Assembly: GCA_005222975.1 (NCBI GenBank)
Contig: NJBI01000022.1
Span: 1-51,081, forward strand
Direction: 5' to 3'
Length of the DNA stretch: 51,081 nt
Source: Promethearchaeota archaeon Loki_b31
GTDB taxonomy: Archaea; Asgardarchaeota; Lokiarchaeia; Sigyniarchaeales; SOKP01
The position numbers were made by a program, and so were the translations under genes. Position 1 is the first letter of the stretch; each line of letters begins with the position of its first letter. This document shows positions 37,589-47,738 of the stretch, in pieces. The notes beneath the pieces are model-generated. The model was not told where the DNA came from. It made no database searches and saw only the letters and a program-made list of their open reading frames with translations.

Positions 37589-38740
37589 TTGAATATGGAA
37601 AAAGAAATCTTGGCATGTATCGCAGATAATAATATTAGATTTTTGCACTCAGGACAAATCGCAAAATACATCTTTCCCGTGGAAAGGGAAGAGGCTCACG
37701 AAAAGAAAATTAGTCATATAATAACACGCCTTTTTGTAGTTTCTATTACTCCTGATAAAAAAATACTCTATCTTGTTCAAAAACGTGGTAAAAATAAAAA
37801 AAGTTTTCCCGAATATTTTACAGACTCAGCCTCGGGGCATGTTGTGTATAAAAGAAATTTAACTCTGAGAGATATTGAAGAGGAAGCAAAGAGAGAGCTT
37901 GAAGAAGAGTTTGGCATACTTCCGATAGCGATTGACAAACTATTATTTTACGATTTAAATACAGAGGAAAATAAGAATACAACTGAAGTTGCGTATGTAT
38001 TTTTAGGACTAGTTAAAAATAATGTGCAGCTAAAACCTAATCCAAACGAATTACAAATCAGCGAAAGTCGTTTCTACACTCAGTCTGAATTGACAAAACT
38101 CTTACAGAATGAAAAAACAATTGATTATACAAAAACGATATGGAAAAAACTACTTAATACGGACTTAGTTACAAAATTTAAGGTCAACATTAATAAAACT
38201 AAATTAACGGGTTCGAAAAGAAATATTGCGTTATTTCTTGGAAGGTTTCAACCATTACATCACGGTCATATTTATGTGCTCAATAAAATATTTAAAGGCT
38301 ATAAAAAAATTAAAATAGGAATAGGAAGTTCTCAATTATCTAAAACTAAAACAGATCCCTTTACTAGTGAAGAAAGAGTAAGTTTCATAAATTCTGCCTT
38401 AAAAGTGAGAAATATCAACCCAGATAGATTCGAAATATTTGCAATTCCCGATATTTTTAACGCAAACAAATGGGTGGACCATGTTATTTCAATAGTAGGC
38501 GATTTTGATACGTTGTATTCCAATAGTGAATGGGTTCGACAACTTTTTCACAATAAGGGATTTATTGTAGGAGAGAAATTAGAAATTTTTAAGAAAAAAT
38601 ATAACGCGACAAATGTAAGAAAATTAATAAGCAAAGAAAATAGAAATTGGACAGTGTTAGTGCCTAAGGAAGTCGTAAATTTAATAAAAGGTTACGATGG
38701 TATCGAACGTATAAAATCTTTATATGAAAAAGGAGATTGA
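37589..38740 (+). CDS. Nudix plus NMN adenylyltransferase (NadM) fusion
   Basis: N-terminal QKR...FP...DSASGHV, AKRELEEEFG; C-terminal GRFQPLHHGH, IGIGSSQ, PFTSEER, IPD, NATNVR. Confidence 0.9.
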   Translation: MNMEKEILACIADNNIRFLHSGQIAKYIFPVEREEAHEKKISHIITRLFVVSITPDKKILYLVQKRGKNKKSFPEYFTDSASGHVVYKRNLTLRDIEEEAKRELEEEFGILPIAIDKLLFYDLNTEENKNTTEVAYVFLGLVKNNVQLKPNPNELQISESRFYTQSELTKLLQNEKTIDYTKTIWKKLLNTDLVTKFKVNINKTKLTGSKRNIALFLGRFQPLHHGHIYVLNKIFKGYKKIKIGIGSSQLSKTKTDPFTSEERVSFINSALKVRNINPDRFEIFAIPDIFNANKWVDHVISIVGDFDTLYSNSEWVRQLFHNKGFIVGEKLEIFKKKYNATNVRKLISKENRNWTVLVPKEVVNLIKGYDGIERIKSLYEKGD

Positions 38741-39810
38741 AATTGAATGGAAGCGATTTTTTAGAAATCGATGGTTCTTTTGGAGAAGGAGGCGGAGCAA
38801 TCCTACGTCTTAGCGCGGGATATTCGGTTCTATTTAACAAACCACTGAGAATAAAGAATATTCGTGCTAATCGCCCTAAACCTGGTTTAAGATTACAACA
38901 CTTACTCGGTCTTAAAGCCCTTGCTAACCTAACCAATAGTAAATTAAGCAATTGCAATGTTGGAACTGAAGAAATTACTTTTATTCCTAATATTAAATCT
39001 TTAAAAAGTAAAATACATGTAAAAATCAATACGGCAGCAAGCATAGGGCTATTACTCCAACCAATTCAAATTGCGTGTTTAAGGCTAGTTCAACAAGATA
39101 AAATTAATATTATACTCGAAGGAGGAGGTACTTTTGGTAAATGGGCACCTAGTTTAAATTACCTTACTAATGTTATCTATCAAATATTTAAAAGATCTGG
39201 ATTGACAATTAATATAGAAATTAAAAAATTTGGATTTTATCCTAAGGGAGTAGCTCAGACTAATTGTACGATAATTCCTCCAAAAAATAACCTTAAACCT
39301 ATTAATCTTACTAATTTAGGGGATGTCGATCTAATCAAAGGGGAAATTGTTCTGACAAATCATCTAAAACGTAATGGAAACAACATTGCGAATCGAATTA
39401 AGAAATCTATTAATATAGAAATAAAGAAAACTTTAGGGATCGAGACAGACATCAAAGATGTTTGGGTAAATTCATTGAGTCCTGGAGTTGGCCTTTGTTT
39501 GTGGGCTTGTTCTAACACCGGAGCAATAGTATCAACAGGCACTATTTTAGGGGAAAAAAGACTTTCATCAGAAAAATTAGGTTATATTACTGCTAAAGAA
39601 ATGATTAAATACATTCAAAACGAAATTCCTGTTGATAATTACCTTAGCGATCAATTGATTCCATTAATGGCTTATGTTAAAGCCCCATCAAGTATAAAAG
39701 TATTTGAAATTACGAGTCACACACGAACTAATTTAGAATTAATTAAACTATTTACAGATAAAAGCTATAAAATTTTAAAATATGATAACCACTATTTAAT
39801 TGAATATTAG
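38737..39810 (+). CDS. rtcA: RNA 3'-terminal phosphate cyclase
   Basis: IDGSFGEGGG.ILR, IRANRPKPGL..QH, GFYPKG, VDNYLSDQL, ITSHTRTN (catalytic His). Confidence 0.94.
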   Translation: MKLNGSDFLEIDGSFGEGGGAILRLSAGYSVLFNKPLRIKNIRANRPKPGLRLQHLLGLKALANLTNSKLSNCNVGTEEITFIPNIKSLKSKIHVKINTAASIGLLLQPIQIACLRLVQQDKINIILEGGGTFGKWAPSLNYLTNVIYQIFKRSGLTINIEIKKFGFYPKGVAQTNCTIIPPKNNLKPINLTNLGDVDLIKGEIVLTNHLKRNGNNIANRIKKSINIEIKKTLGIETDIKDVWVNSLSPGVGLCLWACSNTGAIVSTGTILGEKRLSSEKLGYITAKEMIKYIQNEIPVDNYLSDQLIPLMAYVKAPSSIKVFEITSHTRTNLELIKLFTDKSYKILKYDNHYLIEY

Positions 39811-39973
39811 TCAGATTTGTATTCTGTATTTGTACTTTTACGAAATTCTATAAATTAAGTTTAATATTAACTTTTTAATACCTTTAAATTCAAAAAAAAT
39901 GCTCTCATTAAAGAAATTTTTAAATGATTACAATTATATGATAAATATAAAAATTAGAAAGTACTAAATAACC

Positions 39974-40891
39974 ATGTCAACAAATGTATCTAATAGATGT
40001 CCTAGATGTGGCAACTATAATCGAATCGACTCGTTCGTGTGTGCTTTTTGTGGTAAACGACTTAGAAGTGAAAGGATAGAAAATTTTTCTATATTTAAGC
40101 GTATAGAAGAAGAATTCATTTCTCCTGCCCCTTGGTATATTACAATACTTTGGTTGTTTACTAAGCCAAATAGGGCTTTTTGGAACATAAACCATAAGAG
40201 GAAAGACTCTCCAGGATTTTTAATTTTATTATTTAATTCGCTCATTTATGGACTCATGGGTTTAGCCTTTTTTTCACATATTTATATTCAAACGATACCG
40301 CCTTTTAGCCTTGGTAGGTTTATTATAGATTTAGCCGCTTTTATAGCCTTTTTTGCGTTTGGATTTATGTTTTATTTTATTTTTAGTCTAATATTGATAT
40401 GGTTTTTTATTAAAGGGGCAAATCTTGCCGTTGATTTTTCAGAAAGGTTAGAAGCGCGTTTTGGAGAAAAGAAAGAAGGAAAAGAAAAATACAGTCAAGC
40501 TGAGATGAGTCCTTTCAGCATCTATAAAGGAGGAACTTTACACCAACAGCAAGCGTCAAAATTAAAAATGATGTTGTGTGCGTTTGCACCCTATTTATTA
40601 ATAAATGGTATTGAGATTTTAATAATTTTAATTGGAATCCCATATATTACTATTCCTAATCTCTTTTTATTTGATCCAAATATACTCAATCCTATGTTTG
40701 CTTCCCCAACTTGGACGCTGCTTCATCTTATGGACGCTTTAACGATTGCCGTGTGGGTTCCTATATTAATTACCCTTGCTATTAGAGAATTATCCAATTC
40801 ATCCACGTTTCGCGTGCTCATCTCGTCATTAGCAATTGGGATAATATTTGCAGTATTTTATTATTTCTTACGCCCTACATTTATAATATAG
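39974..40891 (+). CDS. zinc-ribbon plus Yip1-family membrane protein
   Basis: CPRC...CAFC; LFTKPNRAFWNI amphipathic motif followed by five TM segments with CAFAPY. Confidence 0.7.
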   Translation: MSTNVSNRCPRCGNYNRIDSFVCAFCGKRLRSERIENFSIFKRIEEEFISPAPWYITILWLFTKPNRAFWNINHKRKDSPGFLILLFNSLIYGLMGLAFFSHIYIQTIPPFSLGRFIIDLAAFIAFFAFGFMFYFIFSLILIWFFIKGANLAVDFSERLEARFGEKKEGKEKYSQAEMSPFSIYKGGTLHQQQASKLKMMLCAFAPYLLINGIEILIILIGIPYITIPNLFLFDPNILNPMFASPTWTLLHLMDALTIAVWVPILITLAIRELSNSSTFRVLISSLAIGIIFAVFYYFLRPTFII

Positions 40892-40915
40892 TATTACACT
40901 CCTAGCCTTAGAGAA

Positions 40916-41542
40916 ATGACAAATCGGAAAAAAAACTCTTTTGAAATTAAATCTGAGCTTGAATCTGAAATATTTGCAACAGTAAATACAATACTTAATT
41001 TATATCAAAAATATCAAAAAGGTATTTTAAAAGAAATTTTTTTTCAAAGATCGATCAAGAGTGCTACGAACGATTTATTGAAGCTTAACTTATCGTTAAA
41101 TAAGCATAATATAGTCCTTTCAAAACTATTGAATCACATGAATTTTACTGACGATTATTATAAAGCTATTGACATTATCAACAAAATATCTTCTCTTAAC
41201 TTTTCTACTAGCCAATTCTCAGAATCACTTAGTTCTTCTATTCTTGAAATTCCAGGGATTACTTCGGAAATTACAGCCTCTTTTATAACGCTAATAGACG
41301 CGCTAAAATTAGACGGTTTTGATAATAACGAGCTAATTTTTGGATTTTTTAAAGATTTGAAGAAAAATTTTGATAGATTTCCCGGTTTAGAATTAGACAA
41401 GATAAAATTGCAAAAAATCTTTGAAGAAATCTTACAAAACGAAGAAAAAATTGCTAATAATAAAAATTATAGAGATTCCATAGCAGACGATTTGTATGTA
41501 GTGTTTAAAGAATTCAAAAAAAAATTGAATCTGGGGAAGTAG
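40916..41542 (+). CDS. vps28: ESCRT-I subunit Vps28 homolog
   Basis: N-terminal SEIFATVNTILNLYQKYQKGIL and C-terminal EITASFITLIDALKL match the two conserved Vps28 blocks (E-[IL]-[YF]...L...Y..D.I and FITxMDxLKL). Confidence 0.8.
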   Translation: MTNRKKNSFEIKSELESEIFATVNTILNLYQKYQKGILKEIFFQRSIKSATNDLLKLNLSLNKHNIVLSKLLNHMNFTDDYYKAIDIINKISSLNFSTSQFSESLSSSILEIPGITSEITASFITLIDALKLDGFDNNELIFGFFKDLKKNFDRFPGLELDKIKLQKIFEEILQNEEKIANNKNYRDSIADDLYVVFKEFKKKLNLGK

Positions 41543-41635
41543 CAAAAATAATAAAATTAATTAAGTTTTCATGCTTTAACAGCATATCAATAAAAACTTA
41601 AAATTGAATTAATTGAAAAACTAAAGGTAATCTTC

Positions 41636-41911
41636 TTGCCAAGACCGGGTTTAAGATCAAAAGCTCAAAAACGAAAAAAGCTGAAAACTCCTGGAAATCA
41701 GAGTGTTTCTCATTATTGGAGAAAAAAACCTAGTAAGGCTCAATGTGCCATTTGCAAAAAATCGCTTCAAGCTGTACCAAGATTAAGACCAGCGAAAATG
41801 AAAAAAACAAATAGGGTTTCCAGAAGAGCAAATCGACCTGAAAGCGGAATGTACTGTGCTAAATGTTTGCAAACCTTACTAAAAGAATCTGTGTGGCAAT
41901 CAGAAAGTTAA
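41636..41911 (+). CDS. rpl34e: 50S ribosomal protein eL34 (TTG start)
   Basis: MPRP, KTPG, CAIC..L..VP, NRP..G.YCAKC. Confidence 0.93.
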   Translation: MPRPGLRSKAQKRKKLKTPGNQSVSHYWRKKPSKAQCAICKKSLQAVPRLRPAKMKKTNRVSRRANRPESGMYCAKCLQTLLKESVWQSES

Positions 41912-41996
41912 TCCGATCTTGGAATTTCAAAAATATTAAATAATTTCTGGTTTTAATTTCTTTTAATAGTTAAATTCAATTTTGAGAAATGTAAAA

Positions 41997-42533
41997 ATGA
42001 TAATTGGCATATCTGGGCTTCATGGTGTAGGAAAATCTACGATTGCTAAATTATTGGCAGAACGCCTCGGAATCCTCTACTACTCAACGGGACAAGCGTT
42101 TCGAGATCTTGCAAAAGAAAAGAACATGTCTTTAGAAGAATATACGAATTATGCCGAAAATCATACTGACATTGACAAAGATTTAGATAATAAAGTCGTT
42201 AACATGGCAAAGAAAGGTAATATTATTATTGATAGCCAATTAAGCGGACATATTCTCAAATCCATAGCAAATTTTAGAATACACTTAACTTGCCCATTAG
42301 AATTACGTGTTAAAAGAATGTCGGAGAGAGACCAAACATCTTTCGAAGAAAAATTAAAAGAAACAACTTTAAGGGAAAAATCTGAATTGGAACGCTTTAA
42401 AAAACTCTATAACATTGATTTAAGCGATAAAAATTCGATTAACGAATTTTTTGATTTAATTATTAACACAGAAAATTTTTCTATTGAAGAAGTGTTAGAT
42501 ACAATCCTATCTGAGTTAAAAAATTTTTATTAA
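41997..42533 (+). CDS. cmk: cytidylate kinase (archaeal type)
   Basis: ISGLHGVGKST, STGQAFR, ID..LD, RE.SE..RF..LYNID; sits between eL34 and eL14. Confidence 0.92.
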   Translation: MIIGISGLHGVGKSTIAKLLAERLGILYYSTGQAFRDLAKEKNMSLEEYTNYAENHTDIDKDLDNKVVNMAKKGNIIIDSQLSGHILKSIANFRIHLTCPLELRVKRMSERDQTSFEEKLKETTLREKSELERFKKLYNIDLSDKNSINEFFDLIINTENFSIEEVLDTILSELKNFY

Positions 42534-42669
42534 ACTTTTTCTACTTAAAAATCATAAAAAATTTATAATTGAAATTATTCCTTAATTTACGATAGATCGT
42601 TTATCTTTTCTGAAAATTAAAAAATTCAGTAATGATAAATTTATTGAAAATAATTTGGTGACAAATTAT

Positions 42670-42942
42670 ATGAGCATATACGATATTGGAAGAATTTGCG
42701 TTAAAACTATGGGAAGGGAAGCGGGAAAATATTGCGTTGTCGTCGATATCATCGATAAAAATTATATTTTAGTTGATGGTTTGGGAATTCGCCGAAGAAG
42801 GGTAAATTACAGGCATATAGAACCGATAGCAGATACGATTGAAATCAAAAAAGGTGCTTCACATGAGAATGTCGAAACTGCTATTAAAAAAGCAAAATTA
42901 GAAAAAAAAATGAAAGAGATCGTTTCCATTCCTACAAAATAA
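42670..42942 (+). CDS. rpl14e: 50S ribosomal protein eL14
   Basis: IGRICVKTMGREAGKYCVVVDIIDKNYILVDG, RRRVN..HIEP. Confidence 0.95.
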   Translation: MSIYDIGRICVKTMGREAGKYCVVVDIIDKNYILVDGLGIRRRRVNYRHIEPIADTIEIKKGASHENVETAIKKAKLEKKMKEIVSIPTK

Positions 42943-43023
42943 TTATTTAACTTCTAAAAAACCATAAAAATAGAAATATTGCTGAGCGTCGCCATTGTGC
43001 GTCGTTAGCGCTAATTTTTTTTT

Positions 43024-43126
43024 GCAGACATTGCCTAGCCTGGTACGGCGCCGGCTTGGAGCGGAAAAACGGTCCCAGAAAGCCGGTGTGTGAAAGCATC
43101 CGAGGGTTCGAATCCCTCTGTCTGCG
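43024..43126 (+). tRNA. tRNA-Ser(GGA) with a canonical 37/38 intron (43062-43080)
   Basis: GCAGACA/TGTCTGC acceptor, G73, anticodon GGA 43058-43060, long variable arm, GAGGG TTCGAAT CCCTC; BHB TTGG/CCAG. Confidence 0.93.
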
Positions 43127-43183
43127 CTTTATTACTTATAGAAATAAGGAAAGTAATAGAATCAAAAAATCTCTTTTATTAAT

Positions 43184-43858
43184 TTAAACGTCAGGAAATT
43201 CCAAAGCTTTAGCTTTCCCACCACCCATCATCTGCTCCATTCCTCCCGATGCTTGTGTTTGTAATTTAAAAATTCTTTGAACAAGCGTGTTCACACCAAA
43301 ACTACATAGAATATACCAAGCAGTAAAATTGATCCAACCAGCTTCTAATCTAATAGTTCTAGCAACGCCGTACACAAGGGCAGTCCATGGATATACCGTA
43401 TTACCCGTAGTACCCGCCATCATGTTACCTATCCACAATACATCGTTAGCATTCATTGGAGACAACGCAACGGGGCCACCCCCGAAAACTCCCCCCACCA
43501 GCGCAAATAGGATCATCATTGGAACGATTGTTATGCAACTGGGTAACATGCGCCTCAAAGCCATTTTCTGCTGTGATTGTTTTAACATCGAATCTAATCT
43601 TTCCCACCTCTTTCTTAACTTGTTATATTTTTCTGGATCCGTTTCAGCTAATTCAATGATTTTTTTTTTTTCTTCGTCGTGAGCCTTTGATATAACTTGT
43701 TTTCTATTAATTTCATCAGTATCAATTAACCATTTGGTTAGTGCCGTACTAATTATTGCCGTTACAGAAGCCATTAATAATATAAAAATCATGGACCCAG
43801 GCGGGAAGCTAATCCAATCTAAAAAAGCATTTGATTCTTGAGCAATAAATAAAAGCAT
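43184..43858 (-). CDS. EMC3/TMCO1/DUF106 (Oxa1-superfamily) membrane insertase
   Basis: TM1, cytosolic coiled-coil hairpin, TM2 (P..ITIVPM), TM3 AWYILCSF; lies next to secY. Confidence 0.88.
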   Translation of the reverse strand: MLLFIAQESNAFLDWISFPPGSMIFILLMASVTAIISTALTKWLIDTDEINRKQVISKAHDEEKKKIIELAETDPEKYNKLRKRWERLDSMLKQSQQKMALRRMLPSCITIVPMMILFALVGGVFGGGPVALSPMNANDVLWIGNMMAGTTGNTVYPWTALVYGVARTIRLEAGWINFTAWYILCSFGVNTLVQRIFKLQTQASGGMEQMMGGGKAKALEFPDV

Positions 43859-43955
43859 GATTATATTGAAGTAATCTTAATAATTTTTTAAACTTTTCAG
43901 ATTAAAATTTTTTATTAAAGAAATGTGTTGCCATTTCTTTTGGATAAGATTCTCA

Positions 43956-45413
43956 TCAATCCATGCCTAAGAAAGCTCGCATGCCCGGATATTGCTGTGC
44001 TGCCATTTCTTTTGCGATTTGCTCAGAATATTGATGCACAATGCCTATAGCTATCAAAAGCCCCGTACCTGAAGTCAACGCACCTAGTGAGTCTGCGAAG
44101 AAACTCATTACAGCAATTATTATGCCGTTTAAGATTATTAGTGTTGGAATGTATCGTTTTAATATTCTCTCGATGATTTTATCTGAACTTCTAAATCCTG
44201 GTATTTGCATCCCAGAATCTATAATTTGCTGGGCTATATCGCGCGGTGCTAGCCCTGAGACATCGACCCACAGACGGCCGAGCATAATGCACAGAAATAT
44301 AAATATCATTAGATATATTATTGCTCTGATGGGGTCAGCTACCAACTGCTCCAATCCTTGAGGAGGGGTAAGGTAATAAAGTAAACAATTTGGTAGTGGG
44401 ACTAAATAATCACCACCACCTCCCCCCGTTGAAACACTTTTGAATTGACCTATTAAATCAAGTAGCCATTTATTATCGGGATTTCTAAAAGTAGAATTAG
44501 GTCCAGCAACAATTTGCCCAAAAAATAGAAAATTGGCGTATAGTGCGTTAACTAAAATAACCGGGATATTTGAAACATATAGTAACTTCATCGGATATTT
44601 CCCCTTAAAACCTCTATATCCCTTATAGGCTAACGGGATTTCGACTCTAGTAGACTCGAACCAAATAACTATTAGAAATATGCCCAAAGTCGTAATTCCT
44701 CCAAAAAGAGAAGGTAATCCGTCATGCCTCCAAAACAATTCAGCTGTATCTATATCAGGATCCGTCAAAGATTGAAAGAAAGCAACAACAATTCCTCTTG
44801 CACCTTCATTAGTACCTGCTTCAACAAAATTAAATAAATTCCAAAATATTTGTCCAGCAACACCAGTAGCAATAAATAAGGAGACTCCGCTTCCAATTCC
44901 CCAACCTTTTTGCAGTAACTCATCGAGTAAGATAATGATGACTCCAGAAAAAAGTAATTGCAAAAATATAATCGTTCCATTTTGAATGTTTAACGGTCCA
45001 AAAGCACCTCCGATAATATATGCGATGATATTGAACACAGTCAAAAACATTGCGAATACTTTTTGAGAACCGCTAAACATAGCCCGATCGTATGGATCGC
45101 TCATATCAACCTTTATGATTTTGGAACCTAAGAGTAATTGCATTATTAATCCTGCCGTTACTATTGGTCCTATACCTAATTCTGTAAGTGTACCTCTCTG
45201 ACTTGCTAAAATAACTCTTAACCAATGATAATAATCTGTGGTGGCTTTAGCATCTACTCCATAAAGCGGAATATTTGACATTATTAAATAGATTATTAAT
45301 GCGAGCCCTGTCCACATTAACTTTTCTTTGAAACTTACCTCTCTCTGGGGCTGCTTGAGTTCAGGCATTACCCGTACAAAAGGAGAGAAGAATTTGAGGA
45401 ATTTTCCGGTCAT
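43956..45413 (-). CDS. secY: preprotein translocase SecY/Sec61alpha
   Basis: FKEKLMWT, GTLTELGIGPIVTAG, LLDEL.QKGWGIGSGVSLFI, KLLYVSNIP, IPGFR, GTGLL. Confidence 0.97.
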   Translation of the reverse strand: MTGKFLKFFSPFVRVMPELKQPQREVSFKEKLMWTGLALIIYLIMSNIPLYGVDAKATTDYYHWLRVILASQRGTLTELGIGPIVTAGLIMQLLLGSKIIKVDMSDPYDRAMFSGSQKVFAMFLTVFNIIAYIIGGAFGPLNIQNGTIIFLQLLFSGVIIILLDELLQKGWGIGSGVSLFIATGVAGQIFWNLFNFVEAGTNEGARGIVVAFFQSLTDPDIDTAELFWRHDGLPSLFGGITTLGIFLIVIWFESTRVEIPLAYKGYRGFKGKYPMKLLYVSNIPVILVNALYANFLFFGQIVAGPNSTFRNPDNKWLLDLIGQFKSVSTGGGGGDYLVPLPNCLLYYLTPPQGLEQLVADPIRAIIYLMIFIFLCIMLGRLWVDVSGLAPRDIAQQIIDSGMQIPGFRSSDKIIERILKRYIPTLIILNGIIIAVMSFFADSLGALTSGTGLLIAIGIVHQYSEQIAKEMAAQQYPGMRAFLGMD

Positions 45414-45662
45414 AGTTTATCAGCACAAAACCTTTAGTGAGTATAATCCTTTTTTATTAAAATAAAAGTTTCTCAATTGAGAAATGTAACTTAAAAAAAA
45501 ATGAATTTAAAAAAAACTTTTTGATTTAATAAGTTCATTTAAGTAGATATTTTGTTTCTTTACATTTCGAAAACAGTATCGTTAAAAAATAGTAGAAAAA
45601 AAATAATTTAAAAAAATTTTGAAATAATTTTTGCTTTGTTTTGCTGAAGAATCTTAACCCGT

Positions 45663-45962
45663 TTAAAATAATGAGCCAATTCCCGTAGGTTCTTCCTCAA
45701 CTTCTTCTTCCTTTTCTTTCTTCTTTTTCTTGGGGGCTGCTTTTGCAGACACTGAAGAAGCAACCGGAGCAGCCATCACTGGAGCTGCGGCGGCAGATTT
45801 GATTATTGTTTCAATGTCAGCCTCTTTAAGCCCTGCTACTACTTTTGTAAGTTGAGCTTTGTCAACAGTTACATCTACAGCTTTTAAGATTTTTTCGATG
45901 TTTGCTTCTGTAATCTTTTTATTTGCTTTATTAAGCAGTAACGCAGCATATATTGATTCCAT
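45663..45962 (-). CDS. rpl12: ribosomal stalk protein P1 (archaeal L12)
   Basis: ME.IYAALLL, Ala-rich hinge, acidic tail ending GIGSLF. Confidence 0.96.
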   Translation of the reverse strand: MESIYAALLLNKANKKITEANIEKILKAVDVTVDKAQLTKVVAGLKEADIETIIKSAAAAPVMAAPVASSVSAKAAPKKKKKEKEEEVEEEPTGIGSLF

Positions 45963-46036
45963 CTTTTTATACCTCTTTTTTTTTATCCAATTATAATTAA
46001 AATTTGTGGTTATTTATTTTATTTAAAAAAATTAAT

Positions 46037-47002
46037 TTAATTACCAAATAAGCCTCCAATTCCAACTTCTTCTTCCTCATCTTCTTCAGATTTTTCTTTT
46101 TTATCTTCTTCTTTCTTAGTTGGAGCTTGTAGGTCTTCTCCAAGTACTATAGCCTTAATAGTGCTAGCATTTGATACGGCTTTTTGGATATATTTGTCCC
46201 TCATATCGTCAAAATAAACTGGTAATTCAAAAAGAATTCCAAGAGCCTCTCGGTGTGCTTTTTGGATTAATGGTTCAATCGTTTCTTTATCGATAATGCC
46301 TAGTTCTAAAGCCAAGCTTCGTGCGCCGAAGTATGCAGATGCAAGCTCTTGTTGGAATTGTTCCATATCCATATACAGAATTTCCTCAGGAACGATTTCA
46401 CCGTCGCTCCACGCGTAATGGATTTTAATAAGCGATTTAATTGGAGCTACACCTAACTTCTTTAAGACTGCTGCTTGTTTTACATTAACGTAATCTCCAG
46501 CTGAGTGCGTTCGCGTATCTTCTCTAACCCAAATCGTGTCGTTCTGGATTTTAGTTGGAAGTCGGAGCGTCATGTTTAATTCACTGATAACTTGTCCCGT
46601 GGGCAATCCTGTATCCCCCTCAGTAACCCAAATATCTACTGGTGTTATCTCGTTAGGTTTAGCAGAGACCATCCATTCATTTTCATTAAATATATTCTTT
46701 AATTCAAAGATATCTATGTTGGTAAAACATAATGCGGATTGTCCTGGAATTTTTTCAGCGAGTTCATCTAAGTTATCTTTTTTAGACTCGTGTTTATACT
46801 GTTCTACGGCTCTTAGTTGAAGCTTCTTTTTTGACATTCTTATTATTGCTTTCCCTCTTAAGATTTTTCGCATCTCTTGAATTTGCTTGTCGTTTAATCT
46901 CGCAACTTCTATTACAGCAACGGTTTTATGGTTTTTAAACAAATCAACTAAATGAACAACTTCATCCAATTTCCATTGATGTATTTCTTTTTTTCTGATC
47001 AT
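46037..47002 (-). CDS. rpl10: 50S ribosomal protein uL10 (P0)
   Basis: WKLDEV, QIQEMRK.LRG, GDTGLP.G, acidic tail GIGGLFG. Confidence 0.95.
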   Translation of the reverse strand: MIRKKEIHQWKLDEVVHLVDLFKNHKTVAVIEVARLNDKQIQEMRKILRGKAIIRMSKKKLQLRAVEQYKHESKKDNLDELAEKIPGQSALCFTNIDIFELKNIFNENEWMVSAKPNEITPVDIWVTEGDTGLPTGQVISELNMTLRLPTKIQNDTIWVREDTRTHSAGDYVNVKQAAVLKKLGVAPIKSLIKIHYAWSDGEIVPEEILYMDMEQFQQELASAYFGARSLALELGIIDKETIEPLIQKAHREALGILFELPVYFDDMRDKYIQKAVSNASTIKAIVLGEDLQAPTKKEEDKKEKSEEDEEEEVGIGGLFGN

Positions 47003-47006
47003 TTTT

Positions 47007-47735
47007 TTACACCTCTATACCCTTCAAAAACTGTTCATCAATTTTTATTGGATGTCCCATTGTAGTTTTTAAAAACATAGATTTAATATTGTTATATTTA
47101 TGAGGCATCTGATCAGCGATGTACTCAACGACAGCTTTCATGTTTTCAAATATTTTATCCTTATCCATAGATTTTTTTCCTACTTTAACTTGAATACTTG
47201 GTTGCTTCTTTAATTGAATTCGAATAACTTTTAAGTATCTCTCAATTGCCACGTTTAAATCATTTGGATTGGAAATAATACCATATCCACTTGGGAAAGG
47301 TTTTGGCATTTTACCTATTGGTCCAAGGAATCTCGCTAAATATCGAGCTACATTTGGCATCATTTTGTCTTCTACTACGAAGAAATTGTATTTCTTAACA
47401 AATTTTTTCTTATATTTTTTTTCTTCGTTATTTAGTTTGATTAAACCGTTTTTATCCATCGTTTCAAGTCCTAGATTCTTAGCTTCAAGAAGTATCTCGT
47501 CTGACGCAATTACGCATATGTTGGGTCTACCTTTAGTTATTATGTTATTAGGTAGTATTATTTCCTTATCGATCCTCTGCTTAGGATCCTTGAGGTTAAT
47601 GTCTTTCAAATTCATAATGAGGTCAATTGACTCGTCAAATTTCCTGACTTTATCTTTAAAGCCTTCCTTTTTAATAATCGAATGTTCAATTGCAGCATCT
47701 AACGATTTTTTTAATAGCTTGTCATCAACTTTCAT
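47007..47735 (-). CDS. rpl1: 50S ribosomal protein uL1
   Basis: RKFDESIDL, LGPIGKMPKP, KTTMGHP. Confidence 0.95.
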   Translation of the reverse strand: MKVDDKLLKKSLDAAIEHSIIKKEGFKDKVRKFDESIDLIMNLKDINLKDPKQRIDKEIILPNNIITKGRPNICVIASDEILLEAKNLGLETMDKNGLIKLNNEEKKYKKKFVKKYNFFVVEDKMMPNVARYLARFLGPIGKMPKPFPSGYGIISNPNDLNVAIERYLKVIRIQLKKQPSIQVKVGKKSMDKDKIFENMKAVVEYIADQMPHKYNNIKSMFLKTTMGHPIKIDEQFLKGIEV

Positions 47736-47738
47736 TTT

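Noticed and set aside
41997-42533. PSTK (phosphoseryl-tRNA kinase) completing the Sec pathway
   Set aside because: Motifs and eL34/eL14 synteny identify it as archaeal cytidylate kinase.
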